A stretch of 48,875 nucleotides of DNA, the filler included, from Jimgerdemannia flammicorona (taxonomy: Eukaryota), in the NCBI GenBank assembly GCA_003990765.1. It is 2 parts of 2 records of this genome, joined end to end, with 100 filler letters (N's around TTAATTAATTAA, not from the genome) between each part and the next. Parts side by side here need not be neighbours in the genome. Positions count along the whole stretch, not along the records: positions 24,491 to 48,875 come from RBNJ01000981.1; 1 more part is not named here. One strand, given 5' to 3'. Both the position numbers and the translations under genes were made by a program. The notes beneath the pieces are model-generated. The model was not told the origin of the DNA and did no database searches. It was given only the letters and a program-made list of their open reading frames with translations. Each line of letters begins with the position of its first letter. The stretch's first letter is position 1. This document shows positions 37,220 through 48,595 of the stretch, piece by piece.

Positions 37220-38052
37220 TTAGAAATGAACATCCTCATTGATTCAGAAATTGAGAACCAGGGGAGAGAAATGTGGGGAATCCTCCTCTGGGTTGTTGCC
37301 ATCTTCTTCAGTAACAGGGAGGGTGGTTGCTGATGGTTTGCTGTCCAGAGTGGAGAAGTCAATGAGGTCTGCACATGGTTCTTGCATAGAAATGGGTGCT
37401 GGTGTAGGAGTTCTCCATCTGATGTAGTTGGGGCCATCCAAGTAGGGTTCTTGGTCCTCATGCCTGAGAATATCCATTTAGATAGGCAGTCCTTCAAAGA
37501 GGTCAGAGAGGTCTTGGAGCCATTGGTCTGGGTTATTATTCAGGAGGGGACTCCAGTAGGGTTCGCAGTCAGTAGACTGAAGAGAGATCCAGAAGTTGGC
37601 TTCTTGGGCTACCTTGATCTCAAGCTCATCAACCTTGGAGAAAGAGAGATTTTGGAAATCCTTCAGTTGGACATAGTTGAGGTTGGAGATTGCAAAGAGT
37701 GTATAGTGCATGATTTGCTGGCAAGTCTTTGCTCATGTCTATCCAGGTGGGTCCAGTCAGAGACCTGGTCAGTAGATAGATTCTTTGCCCATTGGAGGAG
37801 TTGATGGCCAATTTTATATTCATGCCAGATCTCTAGGTGGCTGGTAGCAAGGTAGGCCCTTTTAATGACCTTGCAGTGGTTGAGAACATAATGTTCTAGA
37901 TCCTGGCTGGAGAGGTTAAGGGCCTCTGAGTGGCAGTTTCTTCCTTGGATAGCAACCTGGATGTGTCCAAAGAGGCAGTCAACCTGGCTTGGGAGGGGCT
38001 AACTATGGCAGGCAGTTTGGTGGTAGGTAGCTTGGTTGCAGGTAGCAGGCAT
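37220..38052 (-). pseudogene. 3' accessory ORF of element E (~270 aa), frameshifted at ~37715
   Basis: ATG at 38052, then ...HLEIWHEYKIGHQLL..., then ORFs 37478-37711 and 37244-37477. Homologous to 47535-48350. Confidence 0.75.
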
Positions 38053-38116
38053 TCTTGTCTTATCTTTTCTTTGTGAAGAGAGAGGGATGAGGGTTGCAGG
38101 GTATTCTTGCCTTGGG

Positions 38117-38124
38117 TATTTATA
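38117..38124 (-). promoter_or_regulatory. Putative internal TATA box for the accessory ORF of E
   Basis: GTATAAATACCC, the same core as the LTR TATA, ~65 bp upstream of the ATG at 38052. Confidence 0.55.
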
Positions 38125-38274
38125 CTTATTCACCCATCTAGTGTGACCTTCCTTTGGTCATGCTTTCTAGCAAAATGTGTGACCTATTGCTGTAAACAGA
38201 GCATGTGCTGATCACATGAGAAAATTCTGATTTCCAAGATATCATCACTTATAGTTATGGTTACACAGGGTTAA

Positions 38275-38519
38275 CAGGTCTTGGTCCTCTTTTTTTTTGT
38301 CTGGTTGGTGCATTTGCAAGGACTGGCCATCCTTGTCTAGGGCAAGGGCTCTCATTGTCATGGTTGGGGGTTTGAACCTCTCAGAAATAGACTTTTCTTA
38401 TAATCCGAGGCAATTCCTAGTAACAATATCTGTCACATGGATGGACTTAGACTGGTTTTGACATTATTGGCTTTCCTAAGTTCCATATAAAGCATTCATC
38501 ATCATATAGCAGAGATGAC
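38275..38519 (-). ncRNA. Conserved non-coding element, candidate structured RNA (copy in E)
   Basis: Nearly gap-free nucleotide alignment to 46997-47244 of element F, with several hairpins in the CpG-restored consensus. RNA function is inferred only. Confidence 0.45.
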
Positions 38520-38719
38520 ACAGGTGGCATGAAATAGAGTTGTTCAAATGCATTTTGCTGTAATATGCTAGACTGTCCTTTACTCAGACTTCTTCATGTT
38601 GGTTATCTATAGTGTTCCTTTTTTCACAATGTTTGATATTATATGTTTCCAGATAAAATATGTAGTGTCCTTCTGCTCACTGTGTGCTCCAATACTTAGA
38701 GCTGTAGTTCTTTCCTTTG

Positions 38720-41700
38720 CTGGGGAGTGAGTGTTTCCATGTAGTCCTAGAGGGCTTCGCATGCATTCTTCAGGGCTTCTTCTTTTTCCCAGGTGGCATC
38801 ATGGGTGGGGTAACCCTTCCACTTGATCAGGATAAACTGCTTGACTGTTTTGGAGTATTTGCAGACCTTGTGGTCAAGTACTTCCTCAATTTTAAATTCC
38901 TCATGATCATTGATCCTAATTGGGAGTGGTGGTGGAACTGTATGCTCAGGGAATAGATTCTCATAGTAGTTCACTAATTGGCTGATATGGAATACTTGGT
39001 GTACTTGGATATTGTGGGGGAGTTGCAACTTGTAGTTGACTTCACTGATTTTTTTCCATGATCTTGTATGGTCCAATTCTTCTAGTGCAGAGTTTCTTAG
39101 CTGGTTGTTGTGCTAGAGTGTCTGGGTAGAGGTGGTCTGTTCTAAGCATGACCATATCACCAATGTTATAATGTTATAGGAGACTTCTCTTTGCTTCAAG
39201 TTTGTATACTTAATCTGATAGTCTTGTGCTTCTATGAGGGCATCTCTTGTTATTTGCATAAGATCAGAAATGGTCTCAGCCAGATCTTGGGCTGCTGGGA
39301 CTGCTGATTTTGCTGTAGTACTTGGGGTCCTTGGGTGTTGACTGTGGTTCAGGAAGAATGGAGTCTTCTTCATAGAAGTTTGCTGACTATTATTGTAGGC
39401 AAACTCAGCATGGGCTAGGTACTTGTCCCAATCATTTTGCTTGTAATAGCAGAAGATGCTAAGTATCTGTTTGAGAGTCCTGTTGGTTCACTCAGTTTGC
39501 CCATTAGTCTGAGGGTGGTAGGTAGTAGAGAACTTCAGCTTAGTTCTATGGAGAGAGAAGAATGCCTTCTAAAAGTTACTTGTGAACTTGGCATCTCAGT
39601 CAGATACAATAGTACTAGGCATGCCATATAGCCTGAATACTTGATTGAGGAAAATCTTGGCAATCTCTGGTGCTATAGTGGTGGTCTTGGTTGGTGCAAA
39701 ATGGGCTTGCTTACTTAGGTGGTCCACAAATACCACAATGACATCCCATCCTGCCTTGGTCTTGGGGAGTTGGACAATGAAGTCTATTGCAATCTGATCC
39801 CAGTTGTGGCTCAGGATAGGTAAGGGTTGCAGGAGTCCTGCTGGTAGCTTGTTACCACTTTTGAATCTTTGGTACATCTTGCATGAGGCCACAAAGTCTT
39901 TGATGTCCTTGGTCATCTTTGGCCAGTAAAACTCTCTTGAGAGGAGATTGTAGGTTTTTTCAAAACCAAAGTGTCCTGCCACAGGAGTGTCATAGAGTTC
40001 CTGCATGATCTTGAGTTGCAGAGTATCATTGTTGGGTATAACTACTCTATCATGGTCTTGGTAGATAAGTCTATCATGGTAAGTGAATCTCTTGACCATT
40101 TGCCTCATGGGTTCTGGGACCTTGGCTTCTGGGTCTTGGCAGAATTGAAGGAATTTCATCAGGGAGCTGTCTTGCTGGTAGCCAATCTTGATCATTTGGG
40201 TGAGATCTCCAATTACCTTGACCATGAAGACAAGTTCATCTTCCATATACCTGGAGAAACCATCAGCCACATGGTTGGTTTTGCCAGAGATATACTTAAT
40301 TTCCATATCAAAATTAGTAATGATTTCCATCCAGCAGGTTTGTCTGTAGGTCAGCATGGGCTGTGTGTGAATATACTGCAGTGCATGGTGATCAGTATAG
40401 GCCACAAATAGTTGTTCTAGAAGGAAATGTCACTATTCCTGGAGTGCAGTAACAATGGTCAGGAGTTCCTTCTCATGGGTGGTATACCAGATCTCAGCTG
40501 GCTTGAGCTTTTGGGAAAGATAGGCCACTGGGCAGTCCTCTTGGCTAAGCACTGCTCCAATAGCAATGTCAGAGACATCTGTGGTCAGGGTGAATGGTCT
40601 GATAGGGTTAGGTGTAATTAACACTGGAGCCTTGGTAAGGAGTCTTTTGAGATGGTCTATAGCCTGGGTGCATTCTGGGGTCCATTCAGCTTTGATGTTT
40701 ACACCTTTGCAGGCCAGGCTGGTCAGTGGGGCTGTAATAGCAGAGTATTCTTAGATAAACCTTCGGTAATAATCAGCAATACCCAGAAAGCACTAGAGTA
40801 GCTTGAGGGTAGTAGGGATGGGAATATTCTTAAGGGCTGATACCTTTCGGAGATCTACATTGATTCCTTCAGCAGAGATGATATGTCCTAGGTACTCTAT
40901 CTGGGCTTGATAGAACTTACACTTGCTCATCTTGGCATAGAGCTGGTGTTCTCACAGAAGGGTCAGTATCTGTCTGAGGTGGGTGTAGTATAGCTCTACT
41001 GTCTCACTATAGATTAGTATATCATCAATATACACAAGGACACAGATGTTGAGGAGTGGTCCAAAGATGTCATTCATCAGATACTGGAATGTTGCTGGTA
41101 CATTGGTCAATCCAAAGGGCATGACTCGAAACTGGTAGTGTCCAAACTGTATTTGGAAAGCTGTCTTCTCAATGTCCTTTTCATCAATGAGAATCTGGTG
41201 GTAGCTATTTCACAAGTCTAGTAGGGAAAAGGTCTTGGCCTTAAAGATTTGGTATAGCAACTCATCAATCCTAGACAAGGCATATTGGTTCTTGATGGTG
41301 ATCTTATTGAGGGCTCTGTAGTCAATACACATTTGCAGAGAGCCATTCTTCTTCTTGACAAATAGAATGAGGGCTCCAAATAGAGAGCAGCTGGGTTCAA
41401 TGTATCCTTGGGTCAGTAGTTTGGTCAAATCATCCTTGAGGGTCTTGAGTTCAGGTTGGGCCAGTTGGTAGATACTCTTGTATGGGGGTTCAGACTCTGG
41501 GATAAGATCAATTCCATATTGGATTTGGCACTTAGGTGGGAGTCCTTGAGGGTCTTGGAATATATCTTAGAATTCTTCAAACAGTTCTTGAGCTTCTGTT
41601 GGGATTGGGCTACTTGTAGCTTCAGTGACTTCTTGTACTATACAGATGAAGTAGGTGTTTCCCTTTTTTCGAGAGAGTCTCTTCATTTAAATGGCAGAGA

Positions 41701-44700
41701 TGATTTCGATTCCTTGGTGGTTGGTACCTTCCTGTGGTGTCAGGGTGATCTTTCTGCCTTCATGGGTCAGGTTAACCTCATTGGTTCTCCAGTTGATGTC
41801 TGGGTTGTGCTGGGTCAACCAGGCTTTTCCTAAGATAATATCTTATTCTGGGAGGTCTACAATACTGAAGTCCAACTTTTCTTGATATTTGCCAAACTTG
41901 AGCAAGAGATCCTTGCAGATCTTGGTCAATGGTGCAGTTTTTCTATCACTAAAGATAACACTTCTTTTCTCAGTGGCTGGCCTGCCTCGGGCTCCAATCC
42001 TCTTCACAGTCTTTGTGTTGATGTAGTTTCCAGTAGCACCACTATCAAGCAAGACATTGACATTCTGTCCATGGACTTGGCCTGTGAACTTGATGCAACT
42101 GTCCTCCTTCTTAATGGTGTTGAGCTCTTCATCTTCATTGTTGTTGTCCCAATTGCTATCAGTCTCCTCGAAGTCAGTTTCTCCCCATCCTTCACAAGGA
42201 GGGTTGTCTTGTTTGGGTTCCTCAGTCTGTTGAGCTTGGCATTTCTTGGATTGAATTTTGAAAACTTTGGAGAGGCATGCATGGCATTCACCAACATATT
42301 CCATGCAGTACATTTGAATAGAATGAGAGCATCATCTACATAGTACATATCCATCTGTAATTCTCTTATACCAGTTTTCATCATCTTCCTTCATGGTAGT
42401 GACCATTTGACTGAGAGGTTTGTTGGTTGATTCAAACCCTTTCTTGCCATGGTCTGTCTGGGAGAGTTCAGAGACTTCTTCAATGGTGAGATCTTTATGG
42501 ATTTCTTCAATGATTGCTTGGGCAATTCTTTGGCTTCAAATGATGTGTCTCCAAAATTTCGTAAGATGACACAGATTTCGCCAGTAAATCCTTGATCAAC
42601 TACTTCTCCTCCTAGTCCAATGTTGAACTCTTTGGCTAGGCTGCTTCGCTCAGCAAGACAGATGTATGTACCTTTGGGAGCTTGCATTACAATCCCTGTT
42701 CACACTGTAGCATTGGTACTTGGTGGAATTGTGAGGTCTTGGCTGCTGTAGAGGTCACATCCAGCATCAGTTAGGTGGGCCTTAGTGGAGATGGTAGCCT
42801 TATATCATATCTTCTGTACTTTGATGATATTCTTGGGGTTCTTCTTTTCTGGACCTTTTCTAATTACTGTAATGTTCTGGTTACTGGGTTCACCTGTTCT
42901 GTTCTTCTTCTCAGAGTATTAGAATGAGATGTGTCCTGCCTTTTTGCAGATGAAGCACAATCCTTTTTTGCAGAGCTGCTTCTTTTCATCCTCAGTGGGA
43001 GGTCTGGGTCCTCTGGGGTTTCACTGGTTCCTTTGCTCATTCCTTTGATCATATCTTTGGTCACTTCTTTGATCATTTCTCCTAGTAGAATTCCTTCTGT
43101 CTTGGTTATCCTTCTTGTATTCTTGATTTTGTGGGGCTTGTGCAGCAAGGATTTCACGGGCTCTTCTTTGTACTTGGGCAAAGCACCATGAGTAGTGGGG
43201 GCATCCTTGGGAAAGACCTTGTTCCTTGATCTTCTGAGTAAGCCAGTCTGGTAGGGCTGCAAAAAGGTGGTTGGCTCTAATACCATTGATGGCCAAGTTG
43301 TTCTCCTGGTAGGTGAGTCCAACAGTTTTGAGGTAGGCATCCATTCTGGTGGCAAAGGTTTCTAGGTCCTCTTTGCCATTCTTGTGGAACTTCATCTGGG
43401 AAAGCTTATTCTAAGTTTCTTGTATGTAGGCCACATTTTGGAATTTTGTCAGTAGTAAGGCCTTGAGTCCTGGGCCTACTTCATAGTCATCCCAACCTGG
43501 TCTATTGTTGGTAGGTGCTTGTCCATTGACTTGACAGCAGGCTTCCCAGGTTACTGGGTGTTGTTCCAAGGTTTGCCAGAATTTGGTTGCTGTTCCAGTG
43601 AAGAATGTGGCTACTGTTTCTACTTGTGCTGCTGATGTGGCAAACAGTTGTTGAAGAGTGCTGTTCTGGTTGTTGGTGAGCATTCCTATAGATACTCAGT
43701 TATCATTCCATTGGTTTTCTCAGTAGCCTGTATCAACTGCATTGATGAAGTTTTCAATGTTACTGTTTTTTTCACTAAATGTTGGGATTCGCAAGGTCTT
43801 GGTTGGCTTGTTCTGTTCAGCAATCTGTCCTACTATCTCTACTAGTGCTACTAGCTGGGTAGTCAGTGCTGCAATGTTGACATCTACCATTGTGTTGACT
43901 ATTGGTGGTGGGCCTATTGGGGTAGATTCTCCTGAAGATTGTTCTGCTTGGTGGGGTTGTGGTGCTGTATGACTTGGGGTTACTTAGTTCCTGGATATCA
44001 AGTCAAAGAGTCCTGTGAGAGAGGGTAGACCAAACCTCTATATAGGTGGCTGAGTTGGTTCTGGGGTCTGATCTTCTTGACCTGTGGTTCTTTGGTAAAT
44101 TTCTAAGCCTGCTGTTCCTAGTTAGCTATCATCAGACTGGTAACCTGTAGAGACTTCGTCTGACTCCTTTCCCTGATGAGATAGTGCATCCTCATACTGA
44201 CTAGGTCCTTCAAAGAGGATATCAGTCTCTGGCTAGGTAGATGGGCCTGCTTCTTGTTCAGCAGTAGGGGATGGTAGGCCTTTTTGCTTGTTCTTGTACC
44301 CGGTTATAGCAGAGGCATAGTATACAACTAGCCTGTAGTATAGAGAGGTCTTGGTTGGGGTATGATGATATCTATCAGAGATAATCTACTTGGCAGCTAC
44401 TTCTCTTATAGCAGGTGGTGTGATATAATCTAGAAAATCCTGGATGGCTACAGCAGTAGATTCTGGGGTCCTAGTAGTTCCAATATATCCTCAGAGGAGT
44501 TCATAGAACCTATGGTGGCTGACAATATTCCTAAGTCCTGGGTGGTATGTCCTAAAGGCCTGGTATAGATCCTTGTAAGCTTGGTCAATTACAAGCTGGT
44601 GGGTCCTTGGGTCTGTGGTTTCCTGGTACCACCTGGTCCTAATGGTAAGGGTTTCTCTGGCTCTGGTTTGAGGATCCACAGTTGATTCTGGAGGTTACTC

Positions 44701-44777
44701 CTGTCCAAAGTTGGTCTTATTCCAACTTCAGGAGTGTGTTCTTGGTGCCTTCTTGGCTGGTAATCCACTGCTACCAA
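38720..44777 (-). pseudogene. E polyprotein: leader-gag-dUTPase-protease-RT-RNaseH-integrase-chromodomain
   Basis: Gag ATG at 43890, CFICKKAGH, dUTPase ~42430-42830 (ERSSLA, VVDQGFTGEI), VLLDSGATGNYI, VYIDDIL, TTDVSDIAIGAVL, IAIDFIVQLP and chromodomain EEFKIEEVLDH...IKWKGYPTHDATWE. Confidence 0.95.
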
Positions 44778-44779
44778 GT

Positions 44780-45572
44780 TGTAATAACTCTCACTTCTAC
44801 CCCTCTCTTATCCTTTGAATAATTAGAGAAGTGGACTATTACTTAGGGACTTAGTACACAATGTGTATCAAGAAGCCTTCAGTTTGAGGAAGCGCTTGCT
44901 TATAAGTAAGTGTAGTGGCAGTGTCTTTTGTTTCAAAGGTCTTTCTCTGTTGCCCTATTTCAAGGGTCTTGTTCTTTGCTATGCACAGACTGAATTCACC
45001 TTGGAATTCAGGTTCAATGGATTTACTTAAGTCTTTGGAGATTTATATACTAGTCTCAGTTCTGACAGAAGTTAGCTAGGCTTCTAGAGTTTAGTTAGAA
45101 ACACTAGAGTCACTTAGATGTCATTACTAAGACTCAGGGGAATGTGTGTGTGTGGAGGGGGACTTGATTCTTGTATCAAGGACTGAACTAAAACTGCTTT
45201 ATTTTGAGTGGAAACTGAGGGGTATTTATACAAGTTGGTCTGCGATTTCTGACTAAGTATGAGTGACTAATTTGGTAACTATAATGAGGTTTGTGATTGT
45301 GATCTTTGTCAGGTGGTTTTTGGCAAAAACAACTTTGTGATCAGGATCTCAATTACTAGGCAATGATCAGCTACTGTGGCAACTGTTGTTGCAGTGCTGA
45401 TTATTGGGGATAAGCTAGATATCATTTTCCATATCATTTTGCATCATTCGCATTATTCATCATTTGTAATTCATATGTTACACTTCATTTGTATGATGAT
45501 GTCATTGCCACCGGGTCACATGATTGCTTGTCTCATCATGTCCCATCTGTTTGTTCATTCATGTCTATTACA
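44780..45572 (-). repeat. 5' LTR of element E
   Basis: Followed on the minus strand by the PBS; TATA at 45223-45230. Confidence 0.97.
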
Positions 45573-46996
45573 AGATCAAGGATTTGACAGTTACTACAGT
45601 CATCTCTTAGTGAGTAGAAATGATTACAGTGTTTATACATATCTTTCTGTTACACTATCTACCAGATCTCCAGATCTTATGCCCACCCTCTATTCAGATC
45701 CACCATTAATCATCACATTTGAATTTTTTTCCAGATTAGCAGTCCCCTTACTATCAGCAGTTTTACTCCCCCCAGCTACTACTTTCTCAGCCCTGCTACC
45801 CACACTGCTTCACCAGACCCTGCAGCCATTACCATCTTCTTACTCTTTCTCAGTCAGCCCTCTTATCTAGTTGTCAGATATCTCCCCTTCACCTTGTCCA
45901 CGAAGTTCATCCTCTTAGTCTTCTGTTCCCTAGTACTGCCTCCTCTCCTTTTACATTCTCTAGTCAGTAAGCCCTGCATACTTCCCCCCAAGCTATGACT
46001 TCTTCCTATATACTACTAGTCAAATATACTAAGATTACCCTGCCTAGTATATACTTTAGAATACTCAACAGTTGCTATGTTACTAGTACCTATTTTTCAA
46101 AAATAATATCTTGAGTATTGCCAGAAGTTTGTATAACCTAAATGTTACCAGAGAAAGGTATCTGACTTGGGAATAGATATCATTGACCCTTTGCTAGTAA
46201 CTAGCTAGAGAAAATATTATATTCTCACTATTGAAGATTATCTGATAAAATAGTCTAAAGTCTTTGCTATTGAGACTGCTGATGCTCAGACAATATTGAG
46301 ATCTTATATAATAAAATTTTCAGCTACCATAATATCTCCAAGGAAATCATCACAGACCAAGACTGGGAATTTATCAAGTATGAAAATCTTTGCAGCTAAC
46401 TTTAAAATCAAACTGCATCCAACAATAGTCTATTACCTATAAGTAAATAGACTTACTAAATAAATGAACCAGACCATCAGTAAGACTAGAGACCAATTGA
46501 ATTAGGATATCTACCTCTTAGTAATCTTATTTAGTATCTATACTTTAAAAGCTACTGCTACCCATCAGACCTCTTTCTATTTAGTATATAGCTAAGAAGT
46601 ACAAGATTCAGCTAAATCAATCTAGCTAAATTTGGTAAAACAGGTCACTGAAGAGATCACTCAGTTATATGAAGTATACTAGTAAGTATAAGGATTTATT
46701 ACTAAGATATAAGAATACCAAAAGAAGTACTATAACTATAAGACTGATCTTGAACCTCTACTTATTGGACAATAAGTCTTAGTGTACCATACCATCATAG
46801 AAGGAAACTGGAGTACTAAACTTAAACTGAAATAGAAAGGACCCTATCTTATTTACCAAAAGTTCACAAACCATACTTATTAACTCAAGACTCTGAATAG
46901 AGTTATACTCAAGACCAAGATATACTGCAATCATATAAGACCTTATTACTCAGCAGAAGCAAAATATATTTAAATAACTCTATTTACTCCATTTGT

Positions 46997-47244
46997 ATCA
47001 TCTCTATTAGAGAATGATAGATATTTCATATAGAACTCAAGAAAGCCAATATTATTGAAACCAATCTCAAGTTCATCTATATGATAGATATTACTACTAG
47101 AAATTACCTTAGATTATAGAAAATATTATTTCTGAGAGGTTCAAATTCTCAGCCATGATAATGAAAGCCCTTATCCTAGATAAGGATGACTAGTTCTCAC
47201 AAATGCACCAATAATCCAAAAAAAAAAAAGAGAATCAAGACCTG
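46997..47244 (+). ncRNA. Conserved non-coding element, candidate structured RNA (copy in F)
   Basis: Homologous to the reverse complement of 38275-38519. Confidence 0.45.
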
Positions 47245-47534
47245 CTATTTCTATATAACTATCTCTACTGAGAATAACTCTAATTTTACAAGGAGTAGAT
47301 ATAACAACATCTTAAAAACTGATAACATCAAAAGCTAGAAGATAGCTCAGACTTTATAAGCCTCTGGTTATAAATTGTAACTCAACTATAACTTATAGTG
47401 ACCTCAGTAGTATACTACTCCAAATTAGGTAACTCTACTCTCTAGACCAAAGAAAAAGACCCTTAGAATATAAAAGAGATATCAAAAGGAGTATAAGACA
47501 TTATCTATAAATAAGAAACTCACTATAAAATAAA

Positions 47535-48350
47535 ATGCCTACTATTTGCTAAACTGTAAGATCAAAGAATCACTAAGATTTATCAGTCCAATATCAGATA
47601 TTCTCTGATATCAAAAGAGCTATAAGAATATATATAAGAAGAACTCCAAGCCTAAACCTCTTTATAAGAGACCCATATCACTATACTCTCAACTACTATA
47701 AAATAGAAACAAGAATCTCTACTACTATCAAGTGCCTCTGGATGTGGTAAGAATACAAGTTGAGGCATCATCTCTGCCAAGATCTCTTACAGACCAGCTC
47801 TCAAGAAATTATAGATACCATATACCTGGTTAGGTATAAATAGAAGTTAGTTAAGAGAGTTTATCAGATCTTCAGGTATATACTCTGGACCATTCCCAAC
47901 TTGGAATATTTCAAGATTTCAGATATTCAAGAACTAATAAGCTACTCTATAGACCATCTTGAAGAAATAATTGCAGAAGAAGCCCAGTCTACTATTATAG
48001 TTAAGAGTAATGAGGTTCAAGATCTTTGGAATCTCATTCTAAAAGACAATCCAGATCAGTTTCTTCAAGGTCTGATTGTATTGTTCTAAGGCCCTCCTCT
48101 GAGAGTCCAATACTCTCAGAATTCTACAGATATACTCTACTTTGTAGATAACAATACTATTGATTGAAGATCTCAAAAACCAAAACAGAGTGAATCACTT
48201 ATTTCATAGGAAGAAGATCTTAACAACCTTCTGAAGGAATATATAAGTCTCCTATTATTACCCATAGAGCTCTTCACTAACCTCAGTATAACTGTAAAGA
48301 ATGCAGAAAATGATTTGGCTAGACTCTATGAAGAAAATAAGAAGAAGGAT
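47535..48350 (+). pseudogene. 3' accessory ORF of element F
   Basis: ATG at 47535 is in frame with ORF 47901-48089: MW*EYKLRHHL...RVYQIFRYILWTIPNLEYFKISDIQEL...NPDQFLQGL. TATAAATA at 47506. Confidence 0.7.
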
Positions 48351-48410
48351 GAGGATGGTATAATCTCAGTCATATTGAACTTCAAGTTGCATAAAGATAG
48401 CTCTATTAGC

Positions 48411-48595
48411 CAAATTTGAGTAAGTTAGTTAGTTGCATAAACAGTGACTACCTAACTAGCCAAATTTGAGTAAGTTAATTAGTTATATAAATAGTAATTA
48501 CCTAACTAATCAAATTTGAGTAAGTTAGTTAGTTATACAAATAGTGACTACCTAACTAGTCAAATTTGAGTAAGTTAGTTAGTTGTATAAATATC
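48411..48595 (+). repeat. 50-bp tandem repeat, ~3.7 copies, in the putative LTR of F
   Basis: CAAATTTGAGTAAGTTAGTTAGTT starts at 48411, 48461, 48511 and 48561. Confidence 0.95.

Larger units (their letters stand above)
36416..45572 (-). mobile_element. Element E: full-length chromoviral Ty3/Gypsy, 9157 bp
   Basis: 793-bp LTRs at 36416-37208 and 44780-45572 with TGTAAT...ATTACA termini. 5-bp TSD AGATC (36411-36415 / 45573-45577). PBS TGGTAGCAGTGG (44765-44776) and PPT AAGGAGGGAAGAA (37209-37221). Confidence 0.97.

Noticed and set aside
37220..38052. env gene at the 3' position
   Set aside because: No signal peptide, fusion peptide or transmembrane anchor is visible in any of the four accessory ORFs.
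38295..38375. HDV-like ribozyme, suggested by a restored P4-like stem followed by GCGAATG
   Set aside because: I could not find the required P2 5' strand, the P3/L3 (TCC) or a P1 partner upstream. Kept only as an unclassified structured-RNA candidate.
38360..38385. tRNA gene or tRNA-derived SINE, from the GGTTCRAA B-box-like motif
   Set aside because: No cloverleaf, A-box or TSD is evident, and homology between E and F continues past the A-run, so it is not a poly-A tail.
9749..45870. Many short ORFs in the track, e.g. 10142-10537(-), 12285-12695(-), 31446-31862(+), 39971-40411(+), 41882-42343(+), 45376-45870(+)
   Set aside because: They are antisense or off-frame shadows of TE coding sequence, or they cross LTR junctions, and have no motifs.
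48411..48595. CRISPR-like array (also the 19-bp repeats at 24511-24570 and 33600-33710)
   Set aside because: The repeats are head-to-tail without unique spacers, lie inside LTRs, and have no cas genes in this eukaryotic context.
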